Shown piece by piece: positions 1 to 9,565 of a stretch of DNA of 29,929 bases. Source of the DNA: a virus. Its lineage: Duplodnaviria; Caudoviricetes. Numbering within the stretch: the first letter of the stretch is position 1; each line of letters opens with the position of its first letter. Made by a program: the position numbers and the translations under genes. The notes under the pieces are model-generated. The model searched no databases, had not been told where the DNA came from, and saw nothing but the letters and a program-made list of their open reading frames with translations. The stretch spans positions 1 through 29,929 of IMG/VR virus record IMGVR_UViG_3300016665_000193. One strand, given 5' to 3'.

Positions 1-22
1 AGCGCCGGGCGTGTCGCATGGG
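1..22. repeat. Terminal direct repeat, left copy (circular assembly overlap)
   Basis: agcgccgggcgtgtcgcatggg at 1-22 is identical to 29908-29929; the portal frame continues across the join. Confidence 0.95.
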
Positions 23-159
23 CGGCATGGGGTGGCGATGCTGGATATCGCTGGGCGACAGCTGCACGCAAAGAGATTCTGAAGCGCATGGCGCCGAAGG
101 AGAACGGGAAGTCATACCACCCGTACTATGGTTACGAGCTAACAGAAGCCGATGCCTGA
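1..159 (+). CDS. Portal protein, C-terminal end (continues from 28327 across the join)
   Basis: Frame 1 reads SAGRVAWAAWGGDAGYRW...ELTEADA then TGA at 157-159, in frame with the ORF starting at 28327; overlaps the MuF start at 152. Confidence 0.9.
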   Translation, partial: SAGRVAWAAWGGDAGYRWATAARKEILKRMAPKENGKSYHPYYGYELTEADA

Positions 160-1177
160 CATCTATCAAGTCAATGAGCGATACCGGAACCGGCTCCGTG
201 CTCGCGAAGATTCCGCGCTCGCTGAGATGCGAAGGGCGTACAGTGTCCTGCAAGCAGACAACCTCCAGCGCCTCGAGGATTTGACACAGGCCATCGAGGA
301 AGCACAGGCAGCAGGCGAAGATATAACGGCGCTGAATGATTACCAGGTACGCCTTCAGGCACTGAACGAGCAGATGGCGAGACAGGTCTCCGAGTTTGCA
401 CCGCGAGCAACCGACATCGCCAGCAACGGACAGCGAAACGCGATTCAGCTGTCTCTCGACATGCAGGAGGACCTCGTCCGCGCTGTCGCTGGTATCCCTG
501 ATTCGGTGAGCATGACCATCGATCTCAACTGGAACCGACTACCCGTCGAAGCCATCACGAACGTGGTCGGATTCGCCGCTGATGGTTCACCGCTCGCCGC
601 ACTCTACGAAGCCATCGGACCATTTGCACGCGACCATGTCACGATAGGCGTGGCTCAGGGAATGAATCCTCTACAGGTCGCTCGACGCATGGCGAGGACG
701 TATGAAACGCTGGCACCATCGCGAGCTGCGACCATTGCACGAACAGAGATGATTCGAGCCAACCGTGAAGCACAGCGACAGACATTCGAGGCGAATCTGT
801 CTATCGTTCGTGGCTGGTCTCGCGTGTCTGCTGGTGATGTGAACGTGTGTCCCGTATGCTGGGCATTGCATGGACAACCGAACCCTGTTGCGAACGTCGT
901 TCCTTCGCATCCAAACTGTAGGTGTACGGTGGTCCCAATCACTCCGACTTATGCCGAACTCGCTGGGCTTGACCCGGATGCGTTCGACGAAGTTCCGGAA
1001 CTTCCGACACGCGATGAGCAGTTTATGATGTTGACAGAAGCACAACGTCGACAGGTGCTCGGACCTGCGCGGTATAGGATGTGGGAAACAGGAACATCAC
1101 TGTCGGACTTTGGTAAGGTCGTACCGAATGATCTGTGGGGTCCACAGGCTGTGGTTGTTCCACTGAGGGATTTATAA
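152..1177 (+). CDS. Minor head protein, Mu gpF/SPP1 gp7-like
   Basis: RAATIARTE, CPVC and HPNCRC motifs; directly after portal. Confidence 0.9.
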   Translation: MPDIYQVNERYRNRLRAREDSALAEMRRAYSVLQADNLQRLEDLTQAIEEAQAAGEDITALNDYQVRLQALNEQMARQVSEFAPRATDIASNGQRNAIQLSLDMQEDLVRAVAGIPDSVSMTIDLNWNRLPVEAITNVVGFAADGSPLAALYEAIGPFARDHVTIGVAQGMNPLQVARRMARTYETLAPSRAATIARTEMIRANREAQRQTFEANLSIVRGWSRVSAGDVNVCPVCWALHGQPNPVANVVPSHPNCRCTVVPITPTYAELAGLDPDAFDEVPELPTRDEQFMMLTEAQRRQVLGPARYRMWETGTSLSDFGKVVPNDLWGPQAVVVPLRDL

Positions 1178-2167
1178 ATGCAGACACTGGTGAACTTCGG
1201 GAGTGCAATCAAAGCGGACGATTCCGGTCGTGTGCGTGGTTACCTGGTACGCTTCGGCGGACAGGACCTCGAGGGCGACTTTTTCACTCCACAGACCGAC
1301 TTCGGTCGACCGATGAAGTCAGGTGATCGCGTGCCGATGAACCTCTACTATCATCATGGACAGGACCGAACAATCGGGAAGTCGCGCATCGGTACCGGCT
1401 ACATCACCATGGACGACAAAGGTCTTTGGTACGAAGCTCAAATCGAAATGGCTGACGAATATCAGAAGATGATTGCCGACCTCGCGAAGTCTGGCAAACT
1501 TGGATATTCCTCCGGCGCCACAGGTCACATGGTCGAGCGCAAGAAGTCTGCTGATGGACGCTACGAAATCACACGATGGCCAATCGGTGAGGCATCGCTC
1601 ACACCGACACCAGCGGAACCGATGAACATGGTCAAGTCGCTGAAGGACATGTATGGCGAGATGGATGGAGAAGGCATGGAAGAAGAAGAGATGATTATCC
1701 CTGTCGCGCCAGGAGAAGACGTGTCGACATTTGTTGAGAACGTCTATGGCGATCTCGACAAGGAGATGGTCCATGAAGGACTCGAGGCGCTCTACGAGCG
1801 TCTGTGTGCAGGTGTTACAACTGCTTATGATAGTGGACTCGGCAGCGGACATGTGGATGCAATCATCGACGCATTCGCCAGCCGTGCCAAGGAACTAAAC
1901 AGCAAAGTGAAGGACCCGGTCGCTGAAGCGCAAAGCCTCAAGGCTATGCTCGAGCGTCCTACGTCCATCCGTGAAGTGGAGCGACGTCTGCGGGATGCAG
2001 TGCGTCTCTCACGTAGCGAGTCGACAAGATTCGCCAAAGCCATCTGGGCTGAGCTTGGGGAGCAAGCGGTCGAGACGGAACAAACCATCGTCGAATACTC
2101 GAGCGACATTGAGGAAGCAAAGTCTGCACTCCTCCGTGAGCTCATGATCTTGGAGTTAAGTCAATGA
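1178..2167 (+). CDS. HK97-type prohead maturation protease with acidic C-terminal extension
   Basis: GYLVRFGGQDLEGDFF, YYHH, GLWYEA, LGYSSG and EASLTPTPAEP motifs; precedes the capsid gene. Confidence 0.88.
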   Translation: MQTLVNFGSAIKADDSGRVRGYLVRFGGQDLEGDFFTPQTDFGRPMKSGDRVPMNLYYHHGQDRTIGKSRIGTGYITMDDKGLWYEAQIEMADEYQKMIADLAKSGKLGYSSGATGHMVERKKSADGRYEITRWPIGEASLTPTPAEPMNMVKSLKDMYGEMDGEGMEEEEMIIPVAPGEDVSTFVENVYGDLDKEMVHEGLEALYERLCAGVTTAYDSGLGSGHVDAIIDAFASRAKELNSKVKDPVAEAQSLKAMLERPTSIREVERRLRDAVRLSRSESTRFAKAIWAELGEQAVETEQTIVEYSSDIEEAKSALLRELMILELSQ

Positions 2168-3459
2168 CAATCGAACAACTCGAAGCACAGCGCCAATCTA
2201 CTATCGCTGCTGCGAAGGAAGTCCTCATCAACGGTGGAGATATGGCTGAAGCCAATCGCCTCCATGCAAACGCAAAGTCCCTCTCTGAGCGCATCGATAT
2301 GCTCAAGGAGTTCGGCAATGTGCCTGCGCCAGTCGCGTCCGAAGCGCCGAAGGCTGAGCCGTGGAAATCCGGCGGTGTAACCCGTAACCCATTCCCTGGT
2401 ACTCGCGAAGAGGCAAACTTCAAGGCATACGCATTCGGACAGTGGGTCCGTGGCGAAGTCCTTGGAAACGCTAAGGCTGCACGATGGTGCGCTGAGCATG
2501 GCGTCAAGGCACAGACCGAAGGCGACAACGGACAAGGTGGATACACTGTTCCTGAAATCGTTTCGTCCAGCCTGATCTGGCTCCGTAACGAGTACGGTGT
2601 AGCACGTCGCTACAGCCGCATCTACCCGATGACATCCGATGTCCTCAATGTCCCGAATGCATCGACTTCGACCACGACCTATTATCCTGGTGAAGCCACT
2701 GCAATCACTGCATCCGACATCGCATTCACGCAGGTCGCACTCGCAGCCAAGAAGCTCGCTATCCTGACCATCGTGTCCAAGGAACTCAACGAGGATACTG
2801 TCATCGACTTCGGTGCAACACTTGCACAGGACTTCGCTTACGGTCTGGCACTCGCTGAAGATGCAGCTGCATTCCAGGGTGACGGCACTTCGACATATGG
2901 CTCCATCACTGGAATCATGCCACGAATCAAGGCTCTCTCCGGAACCTTCTCGAGCATTGCATCCATGGTTGTTGGACCATCTGGTTCACAGACCAACCTC
3001 TCCAGCTTCACACTCGCGAACTGGCAGAGCATGGTCGCGAAGTTGCCACAGTATGCAACCGCTCCACGCTGGTACATGCACAAATCCGTTTTCTACAACG
3101 GCTGTGCTGACAAGCTGATTGCACTCGGTGGAAACAGCATCCTGGACATCCAGAACGCCTATGGTCCAGAACCGACATTGTTCGGCATCCCGATCAGTTT
3201 CGTTCAGAACATGCCAAGTGCAACCGGCGTATCTAAGACGCTCGCAGTCCTCGGAGACCTCTCCAAGGGTGTCGCGTTCGGCGATCGCCGTGGCGTCACG
3301 GTCGAAGTTTCCGACCAGGTGAAGTTTGTCGAGGATGCTCTTACGTTCAAAGCGACGGAGCGCTACGCTTTCAACGCTTTCGACGTCGGAAACGTCACAG
3401 CAACCGTCGCCGATCAGGTCGCTGGTTCGCTCATCGTTCTCCAGGCTGCCGCTTCGTAG
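2164..3459 (+). CDS. Major capsid protein, HK97 fold with N-terminal delta domain
   Basis: Helical N-terminus, GGYTVPE, VSKELNED, EDAAAFQGDG, TLFGIPI and GDLS motifs; followed by a terminator. Confidence 0.95.
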   Translation: MTIEQLEAQRQSTIAAAKEVLINGGDMAEANRLHANAKSLSERIDMLKEFGNVPAPVASEAPKAEPWKSGGVTRNPFPGTREEANFKAYAFGQWVRGEVLGNAKAARWCAEHGVKAQTEGDNGQGGYTVPEIVSSSLIWLRNEYGVARRYSRIYPMTSDVLNVPNASTSTTTYYPGEATAITASDIAFTQVALAAKKLAILTIVSKELNEDTVIDFGATLAQDFAYGLALAEDAAAFQGDGTSTYGSITGIMPRIKALSGTFSSIASMVVGPSGSQTNLSSFTLANWQSMVAKLPQYATAPRWYMHKSVFYNGCADKLIALGGNSILDIQNAYGPEPTLFGIPISFVQNMPSATGVSKTLAVLGDLSKGVAFGDRRGVTVEVSDQVKFVEDALTFKATERYAFNAFDVGNVTATVADQVAGSLIVLQAAAS

Positions 3460-3479
3460 GCTGTCTGACTATCGCAGTC

Positions 3480-3518
3480 AAGGGGAGCGGGATACCATTC
3501 CCGTTCCCTTTTTGTTTT
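3480..3518 (+). terminator. Rho-independent terminator after the capsid gene
   Basis: Stem AGGGGAGCGGGA / TCCCGTTCCCTT with GU pairs, followed by TTTGTTTT. Confidence 0.8.
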
Positions 3519-3532
3519 ACTAGGAATTGCTC

Positions 3533-4021
3533 ATGCCACTCACACGGACTCAAGCACTTGAACGCCTCGCATGGATGGTCGCAAGCGACCAATATCCACA
3601 GCTCGATTCGACTGCACTTCAGCAGCTCGTCGATGACCACGCACGCTGGTCGGTCTGGACTGCTTCCACAGCCTATGTCGTTGGCGACATCGTGATTCCA
3701 ACCGTGGCGAATGGTCGACTGTACCAGTGTGTTATTGCTGGGACATCAGATTCAACTGAGCCACAGTTTCCGCAATGGACACAAACGCTCGGATATACAG
3801 TTAACGACGGAAGCGGCGACCTATTATGGCAGGACATCGGTACTGCTAATACAGAACGATATGACATCCGTGCAGCTGCACGACAGGGATGGATTCGCAA
3901 AGCATCCAGCATCACGCATCTCATCGATGTGAAGGATGGTCAGGTCGACGCGAAGATGTCCGCACTCCGTGATCAGTGTCTCGACCAGGCTAAGCGATAC
4001 AGCCCGATGGTGTTCGTATGA
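3533..4021 (+). CDS. Putative head-tail adaptor with inserted CBM5/12-like module
   Basis: First gene after the capsid; helical ends flank WTASTAYVVGDIV..YQCVIAGTS..EPQFP..DG..LWQDIG. Confidence 0.65.
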   Translation: MPLTRTQALERLAWMVASDQYPQLDSTALQQLVDDHARWSVWTASTAYVVGDIVIPTVANGRLYQCVIAGTSDSTEPQFPQWTQTLGYTVNDGSGDLLWQDIGTANTERYDIRAAARQGWIRKASSITHLIDVKDGQVDAKMSALRDQCLDQAKRYSPMVFV

Positions 4022-4398
4022 TTCCGCCTGCCTACGCTTCGGCGCTCAAGAACGCCATCCAGGCATATGCATACGGTGACCGTGTGCAGATCTGGCGCAA
4101 TGTGAACCAGCCTGACGGTATCGGAGGCATCAGCCAGCACTGGATACAGGTCGCTGAGATTCGCGCAACAATCGCCAATACAGGCGATTCTGAGGGTATT
4201 GTCGGCGGCATGATTGAACAGGCTGGCACATGGACGCTCACATGTTCACCTGATGTCGAAGTCAAGGCCGACGACCGAATCTATACCAGCGGAAATCCAC
4301 AGAACCTCGCGCCATACTACGAAGTGATAGGAAGCGATTGGGGCCACACGAATCAGGTGAGCCAGACCATCGCTCTTCGCTCACGCTCAAACGGTTAA
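4018..4398 (+). CDS. Head-closure/stopper protein (SPP1 gp16-like)
   Basis: PDGIGG..W, VKADDRI and YEVIG motifs; synteny. Confidence 0.75.
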   Translation: MIPPAYASALKNAIQAYAYGDRVQIWRNVNQPDGIGGISQHWIQVAEIRATIANTGDSEGIVGGMIEQAGTWTLTCSPDVEVKADDRIYTSGNPQNLAPYYEVIGSDWGHTNQVSQTIALRSRSNG

Positions 4399-4468
4399 CC
4401 CACTGCGTGATGCGAGATGTCCGACTGTGCCACCATATTAGAGTGAAGATGTACAGTGGAGTGATGGC

Positions 4469-4696
4469 ATGACAGTCGAGGTCGTTGTAGCGTTAATTGG
4501 ACAGCTTGTCCTGGTATTAGGAGCCGTCATCGGTACCTATACGAAACTACAGGTAAGTATCAATGTGCTCACAGTGAAGCTCGAAAACGTGAATGCCACA
4601 TTATCGGGACAGGCACAGGAAGTGCGACGCATCGAAGAGCGCCTCGGCAAGCTCGAGAGTCGCGTCGCGATGATCGAGGGGAGTTTGCAAAGATGA
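4469..4696 (+). CDS. Holin-like protein (one TM helix plus coiled coil)
   Basis: Hydrophobic N-terminus VVVALIGQLVLVLGAVIG, heptad tail RIEERLGKLESRVAMIEG; GGAG SD. Confidence 0.55.
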   Translation: MTVEVVVALIGQLVLVLGAVIGTYTKLQVSINVLTVKLENVNATLSGQAQEVRRIEERLGKLESRVAMIEGSLQR

Positions 4697-4944
4697 GTTC
4701 AATATCCATTCCGCGATTGCTGGTCGTTGTCCTGGTCGCATTTGCCGCGTCCTTCAGCACTGTCTTCGGTGACGGCATCCGCACATCCGAAGCAGACACG
4801 CTCGCAGAGCTTGGAGCAGTCATGGCACTGTACGGGTCAAAGGCAGTAGCCGCTGGTGTCTCTGCTGCGATGAGTGCTGCGCTCGGCTTCTTGACGATGC
4901 CTTTCAAGGGTGTACAGGCTAACAGTTTGAAGGTGGGCAAATGA
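4693..4944 (+). CDS. Holin-like protein (two hydrophobic segments)
   Basis: Two hydrophobic stretches, basic C-terminus, ATGA overlap with the previous gene. Confidence 0.55.
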   Translation: MSSISIPRLLVVVLVAFAASFSTVFGDGIRTSEADTLAELGAVMALYGSKAVAAGVSAAMSAALGFLTMPFKGVQANSLKVGK

Positions 4945-5195
4945 ACGGAATAAACTTCCGAGATTTCTCAGCGGTACAAACTGCCGATGGTCTTGATTGG
5001 GTTATCTCTGGTGACATCTACGACAACGATAATGTCAAGATTGGCTCATTCAATCAAACACAGCCTGACGGGTCTGTTGTTGGAACATCGCTCAATCAAT
5101 GGTGGGTGCGTCAAGACCAAGATTTTCAACGTCAGTTCGTGAGCCAGTTTTCATATTACATGGCTGTTGAAATAACTACCGGAGTGGCTGAGTAA
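4941..5195 (+). CDS. Small protein of the variable appendage module
   Basis: ATGA/TAATG-coupled ORF; AT-richer like the 5' half of the next gene. Confidence 0.6.
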   Translation: MNGINFRDFSAVQTADGLDWVISGDIYDNDNVKIGSFNQTQPDGSVVGTSLNQWWVRQDQDFQRQFVSQFSYYMAVEITTGVAE

Positions 5196-7342
5196 TGCCT
5201 AATTATTATGTACGTCCTGATGGTTCAAATGCTAATGCAGGAACAGGCCCAGCTACTAATCAGGCGTGGCAAACACTGCAATACGCTTTGACTAATGCTA
5301 CCCTTGGCACTGGTGTAAATACAATCTACATTGCTCCCGGAATCTATCGTGAGACTGTGACAATCAATATCACACCAACATCTACAAACACTCTCGTGAT
5401 TGAAGGTGACCCGACCTGTCAGCAGTTCACTGGTGTCACTCCCGGTATTGTTCGCCTTACCAATATGGCATCAGATACGGGTGCATTTTCATCAACGAGT
5501 GCTATTACAGGAGTAAGTAAGACATATACAACAATCAAAAAGTTGTGCGTAGAAGGAACCATAACCTTTAGTGGTTCAAGTAACAATTTAATAATTACAC
5601 AATGTCAACTTGTGGTTATGCCACCCGGACAAAATGTGTGGCTAGACCTAACTCTAAATGGCAACGCAACAATTTCAAACTGTATTCAACATTGTCTTGT
5701 TCAATCCGCCAGTGGAACTGCTGGTGGCAACAACATAGCTTTGACTAACAACGCTCAATTTTCATTTTTTGATAATGTCGTGATGACTATGTTTGCTAAT
5801 GGATTTGCGCTTTTGTCAGCGACTACTGGTTGTAATGTAAACATCTATAACTGCACATTTGCAGGATATTTTAACTTTGGAATCTATGCTAGACCAACAT
5901 CAACTGGTTGTGTTACGGTGCGAAACTGCATCATTGCTGGTCGTGGGGCTAATGCTGCTCTAGATTCTGTCCCCGGTGGTGGAATCGTTGAAGACTACAA
6001 CCGAATTTTGTACACTGGCACTTTACGAAATGGGCCATCTGCTGGGGCTAATACAACAACAACGGGCGCACTTGGATTAGACTATGGTGGAGCCTACCTA
6101 GTAGGATTGTCACCACAACCGTTTTTAGGGCGTATGGCTACATCACCTAATGCTGGATTTGGCGCATCATCTGGCGCACCTGCTGCCGACCTTTACGGTG
6201 TCACTTGGACTAACGCCACTCCAGATGCTGGTGCTATAACCTATAGCCCGATCAACACTGTAGGCCCGTATATACCGGCAGAGCGCAACGCCAGCACCAT
6301 CACAATTGCTCCCGGTAGTACCTCACAATCAATCGAACTTTATCTTGGTGCTACAGGCCTCACAGCCTCCACCGCTGGTCTCTCAGCCCGCTACAACCGC
6401 ACACGCACAGCCTCTGTCAGCATCCCGTTAGTAGCCCGTACAATCGCCCAGGCGTGGACATCAGGCGGCTTTGCGGAGGTGGACGCAGTCGAAATGCCCG
6501 GCGTGTATCGCTTAGACCTGCCTGATGCGGCACTGGCTGCTGGTGCTGACGATGTCACTGTTGTGGTGCGTGGTGCATCTGGTACTAACGGTGCAGTGAT
6601 GACAATCAAACTGTCATCTGGTGGCTTGACATCTGCACAAACTGCCTCGGCTGTCTGGGATGCCGCGACTGCTTCGTATACAGCGAATGGAACATTCGGT
6701 CTAAATGTGCTTCGTGCAGATCAGCAGAACAAACAAGGGAATGTCACGCTCAGCACTGCAAACAATGTGAACCGAGTCGATGCTGATGTTCATGCAATCG
6801 CAAACGACATCGCGGCTGCTACAGCGCTAAAGGGTGCACTGAATCACGATGGCACTGGATACATTGACTCAGACATCGTCAGGATCTCGACAAGCACAGC
6901 GGCGGCTGACGAGCTTGAAGGTGCGCTCCTTCACAACGGTACTGACTACATCTCCGCTGAGCTTCTGACGCCAGTGTCAGCTGCAACTAGCGTACACATC
7001 GGACCATATCAACTCCTGGCTGATGGTCTTGGAGCAGACCAGCCGCTCGATGTCAATGTCGGCACAGCGACGTCCATCGATGTCCAGGTAACGGACGCGA
7101 ACGGGACTGGCATCGACATCACTGGTGCGACGGTCAGCGCGAAGGTATACAACGCAGGTGGAACACTTGTGGCAACATATGCCGGCACAGCAACGTATGC
7201 GGACAATGGACGCTTGACATTCGGTCTTACGACTACGGTGACGAACACATCTGGCACGTACACTGTGACTGTGACTAGGACAACAGGCGCAAGCGACACA
7301 CAAGTTTTCGGACCGCTGAAACTATACGTGAGGCCAGTATGA
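5195..7342 (+). CDS. Virion appendage/fibre: N-terminal right-handed beta-helix (pectate lyase-like), C-terminal BppU-like beta-sandwich
   Basis: YYVRPDGSNANAGT..AWQTLQYAL..IYIAPGIYRE beta-helix cap, Asn/Cys ladders (ISNC, IYNCTF, VRNCII), C-terminal DANGTGIDITGATV. Confidence 0.75.
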   Translation: MPNYYVRPDGSNANAGTGPATNQAWQTLQYALTNATLGTGVNTIYIAPGIYRETVTINITPTSTNTLVIEGDPTCQQFTGVTPGIVRLTNMASDTGAFSSTSAITGVSKTYTTIKKLCVEGTITFSGSSNNLIITQCQLVVMPPGQNVWLDLTLNGNATISNCIQHCLVQSASGTAGGNNIALTNNAQFSFFDNVVMTMFANGFALLSATTGCNVNIYNCTFAGYFNFGIYARPTSTGCVTVRNCIIAGRGANAALDSVPGGGIVEDYNRILYTGTLRNGPSAGANTTTTGALGLDYGGAYLVGLSPQPFLGRMATSPNAGFGASSGAPAADLYGVTWTNATPDAGAITYSPINTVGPYIPAERNASTITIAPGSTSQSIELYLGATGLTASTAGLSARYNRTRTASVSIPLVARTIAQAWTSGGFAEVDAVEMPGVYRLDLPDAALAAGADDVTVVVRGASGTNGAVMTIKLSSGGLTSAQTASAVWDAATASYTANGTFGLNVLRADQQNKQGNVTLSTANNVNRVDADVHAIANDIAAATALKGALNHDGTGYIDSDIVRISTSTAAADELEGALLHNGTDYISAELLTPVSAATSVHIGPYQLLADGLGADQPLDVNVGTATSIDVQVTDANGTGIDITGATVSAKVYNAGGTLVATYAGTATYADNGRLTFGLTTTVTNTSGTYTVTVTRTTGASDTQVFGPLKLYVRPV
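6776..6952 (+). repeat. Two tandem ~29-aa repeats in the appendage protein
   Basis: VDADVHAIANDIAAATALKGALNHDGTGY vs IDSDIVRISTSTAAADELEGALLHNGTDY. Confidence 0.75.
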
Positions 7343-7695
7343 GTGTAAACATAGTCAACCTGACCGAAGATCCGGAACAGGTGATGCAGATGGCTGCATG
7401 GGTCGGAGACTGGCACACGTACGTCGTGCGTCTGGTCGATGACAATGGCTCGCCCATTGACATCACTACAGGCACGCTGAGCGCCACATACACGAACGCT
7501 GCGACCGGTGTGGCATATTCCTTCGTCAGTGGCTCAGTGACGCTCACGAAATCGATGGCAACACAGGGAATCGTGACGGTGCTGAATCCGAACGCATACC
7601 CGACAGCAGCTGTCGTTCGTTTGACATTGACGCTCACTGTGTCGACCACGGTGCGACGCTTCGGTCCATTGCTCATCGAGGTCCTCGCTCCGTGA
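7339..7695 (+). CDS. BppU N-terminal-like protein, paralogous to the appendage C-terminal domain
   Basis: VGD..VDDNGSPIDITTGTLSA..FGPLLIEV matches VGT..TDANGTGIDITGATVSA..FGPLKLYV. Confidence 0.65.
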   Translation: MSVNIVNLTEDPEQVMQMAAWVGDWHTYVVRLVDDNGSPIDITTGTLSATYTNAATGVAYSFVSGSVTLTKSMATQGIVTVLNPNAYPTAAVVRLTLTLTVSTTVRRFGPLLIEVLAP

Positions 7696-8078
7696 CGGTC
7701 AATGTCGACCTGCGTGGCTTCGACGATGCTGAGCATCGGTTCCGTGTCCTGGCTGTCTGGCTTCAGGAGGCGGCATCGAAGGCATTCCGTGGCATGATTG
7801 CATCGATGACAGGTCAGAAGTCTGGTCGCATCTATAAGATTGGCAAGAACAGAACGCATCAAGCATCCGCGCCAGGACAAGCACCAGCCGTCCTGACAGG
7901 ACAATTGCGTTCGTCCATTACTGTGAACCGCGTGACTGATTACGAATACGTGGTCAGCATCGCGGCGCCTTATGGTCGCATCCTAGAGTTTGCGATGAAC
8001 CGACCATTCGCCATTCCTGCGTCCGAGAAGGCATGGGCGAGTTTCACCAGCGTGGTGAGGAGATACTTCAATGGTTGA
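7692..8078 (+). CDS. Neck/tail completion protein, HK97 gp10-like
   Basis: HQASAPGQAPAVLTGQLRSSI, YGRILEF and RPF motifs. Confidence 0.85.
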   Translation: MTVNVDLRGFDDAEHRFRVLAVWLQEAASKAFRGMIASMTGQKSGRIYKIGKNRTHQASAPGQAPAVLTGQLRSSITVNRVTDYEYVVSIAAPYGRILEFAMNRPFAIPASEKAWASFTSVVRRYFNG

Positions 8079-8547
8079 GAGTCTCGTCGTGGATGAATGG
8101 ATCTATGACACGCTCAGCGGTGATTCGACGCTTCAGGGTCTCCTGGCTGTCGACAATCGCGCTCCAAACTATCAGCAGGGAATCTATCTGTACATGGCTC
8201 CTGAGAAGGACCCGGTATCCCTGCGACAGCCACAGGTGCCATACATCGTGGTGCGTCACACTGATGCTGGTCAGACAGACGAGAAGTCCATGTGTGGCGG
8301 TCGCATCGTGACCACGTCAAGTCATCAAGTCTGGTGCTGGGACACACAGTCCGGCGCTGTGTCCATGGCACGCATCAAAGCGATTGTGGACCGCATCGAC
8401 ACGCTTCTGAACAAGCAGACAGTCGATTCCACAACGCCTCCATTTTTCTTGAATCGGTCGAGCGTAAGCTCATCGGTAGACGTGAGCCAGGATGGTCGCG
8501 TCGACAATGGCATTGTTCAGCTATACATCGCCACAATAACTCCATAG
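8071..8547 (+). CDS. Tail terminator protein
   Basis: IYDTLSGDSTLQGLL, PYIVV, QVWCW and IDTLL pattern; between the gp10-like and tube genes. Confidence 0.75.
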   Translation: MVESLVVDEWIYDTLSGDSTLQGLLAVDNRAPNYQQGIYLYMAPEKDPVSLRQPQVPYIVVRHTDAGQTDEKSMCGGRIVTTSSHQVWCWDTQSGAVSMARIKAIVDRIDTLLNKQTVDSTTPPFFLNRSSVSSSVDVSQDGRVDNGIVQLYIATITP

Positions 8548-8559
8548 AGGTAACTATCA

Positions 8560-9012
8560 ATGGCTCGTCCACTTCTCGCAAAAGACGTCACACTCACAAT
8601 CACTTTCACCGCAGCTGCACTCACGGGTGACACGACTGCACTTCCTTCGACCAGCGCCACCAGCATCGTCTGTCTGGCGAAGTCGTTCAGTTCCACTGTC
8701 AGCCAGAACATGGTCAATGCGACTGCGCTTTGTGCTGTCTACGAGGCATCGCTTCCAACAACACAGACCGGCACGGTCAATCTCGAACTGTACATCGACA
8801 ACACCACTGGACCACTGTTCCAGACCAAAGTCGGATTCGGTTGTGAGATTGATGTAGACTTAGATGGTGCTGCATCGGTTGCCGGAAACGTATTGAAGTT
8901 CTTCGGCATGGTAACTGAGGCAGGACTAAGTCTAACGCCAGAGGAGACACAGACCGAGACCGCGACCATCAAACTCGGTGTGAGCGGAATCACTGGTCTG
9001 TCAGGATCATAA
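8560..9012 (+). CDS. Major tail (tube) protein
   Basis: 150 aa, Thr/Ser-rich beta-strand pattern, GAGGT SD, canonical position before chaperone and TMP. Confidence 0.7.
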   Translation: MARPLLAKDVTLTITFTAAALTGDTTALPSTSATSIVCLAKSFSSTVSQNMVNATALCAVYEASLPTTQTGTVNLELYIDNTTGPLFQTKVGFGCEIDVDLDGAASVAGNVLKFFGMVTEAGLSLTPEETQTETATIKLGVSGITGLSGS

Positions 9013-9386
9013 TGAGTTCAATCTTCGACGCCATTCCTAAAACTGAAGGTCGACCGAATCACGTAGTCGACATCGAGCGTTTCATCGGTGCACCTGGCAG
9101 TTTCACATTCCGTGAACCGAAGGCAGCCGACCTGTTTCCTCGACCTGAAGTCCAGAAGGCGCTGAAGATCGGATTCCCTGAGTTTCCGGACCAGATGCTC
9201 CAGATTCTGATGATCATGGCACGCTGTTATGTCATTCAGCCTGGAGACGGTGAAATCAATCCCTCGCGTCGGTTTGCACAGCTCGCTCGAGACCGCTCGG
9301 ACATTTACCTCTACGTGGTCGGAGAGTTTGCCAAAGCATTCCCGATTGACATCGAAGCAGCGGTGGACGAAGTCCCAAACGACTAG
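9012..9386 (+). CDS. Tail assembly chaperone (gpG-like)
   Basis: Between tube and TMP; in-frame slippery heptamer just before its stop. Confidence 0.8.
   Translation: MSSIFDAIPKTEGRPNHVVDIERFIGAPGSFTFREPKAADLFPRPEVQKALKIGFPEFPDQMLQILMIMARCYVIQPGDGEINPSRRFAQLARDRSDIYLYVVGEFAKAFPIDIEAAVDEVPND
9374..9380 (+). other. -1 programmed frameshift heptamer C CCA AAC
   Basis: X XXY YYZ in the reading frame GTC CCA AAC GAC TAG. Confidence 0.8.
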
Positions 9387-9565
9387 GCGGGGTGGCGCAG
9401 AAGATACTCTATTGTTCAGTGAGGCATCTGAAGCGCCATCCCAGCGAGACCGACTTGAGCCTGGACGAGTTCGCCGAAGTCGCGTGGGCTGGCGAAGTCT
9501 GGGAGAATCAAATCGTTGAGATCGTCAAGGCCGTGATGTCGGTGCTGGCGAAAAGGACATTCTAA
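9380..9565 (+). CDS. gpT-like extension of the chaperone (-1 frame)
   Basis: Open -1 frame RLGGVAQKILYCSVRHLKRHPSETDLSLDEFAEV...KRTF ends in TAA overlapping the TMP ATG (TAATG); missing from the ORF track. Confidence 0.8.
   Translation, partial: RLGGVAQKILYCSVRHLKRHPSETDLSLDEFAEVAWAGEVWENQIVEIVKAVMSVLAKRTF

Noticed and set aside
9384-9386. Amber readthrough or an alternative genetic code
   Set aside because: The -1 frame explains the downstream ORF, and TAG ends many well-formed genes
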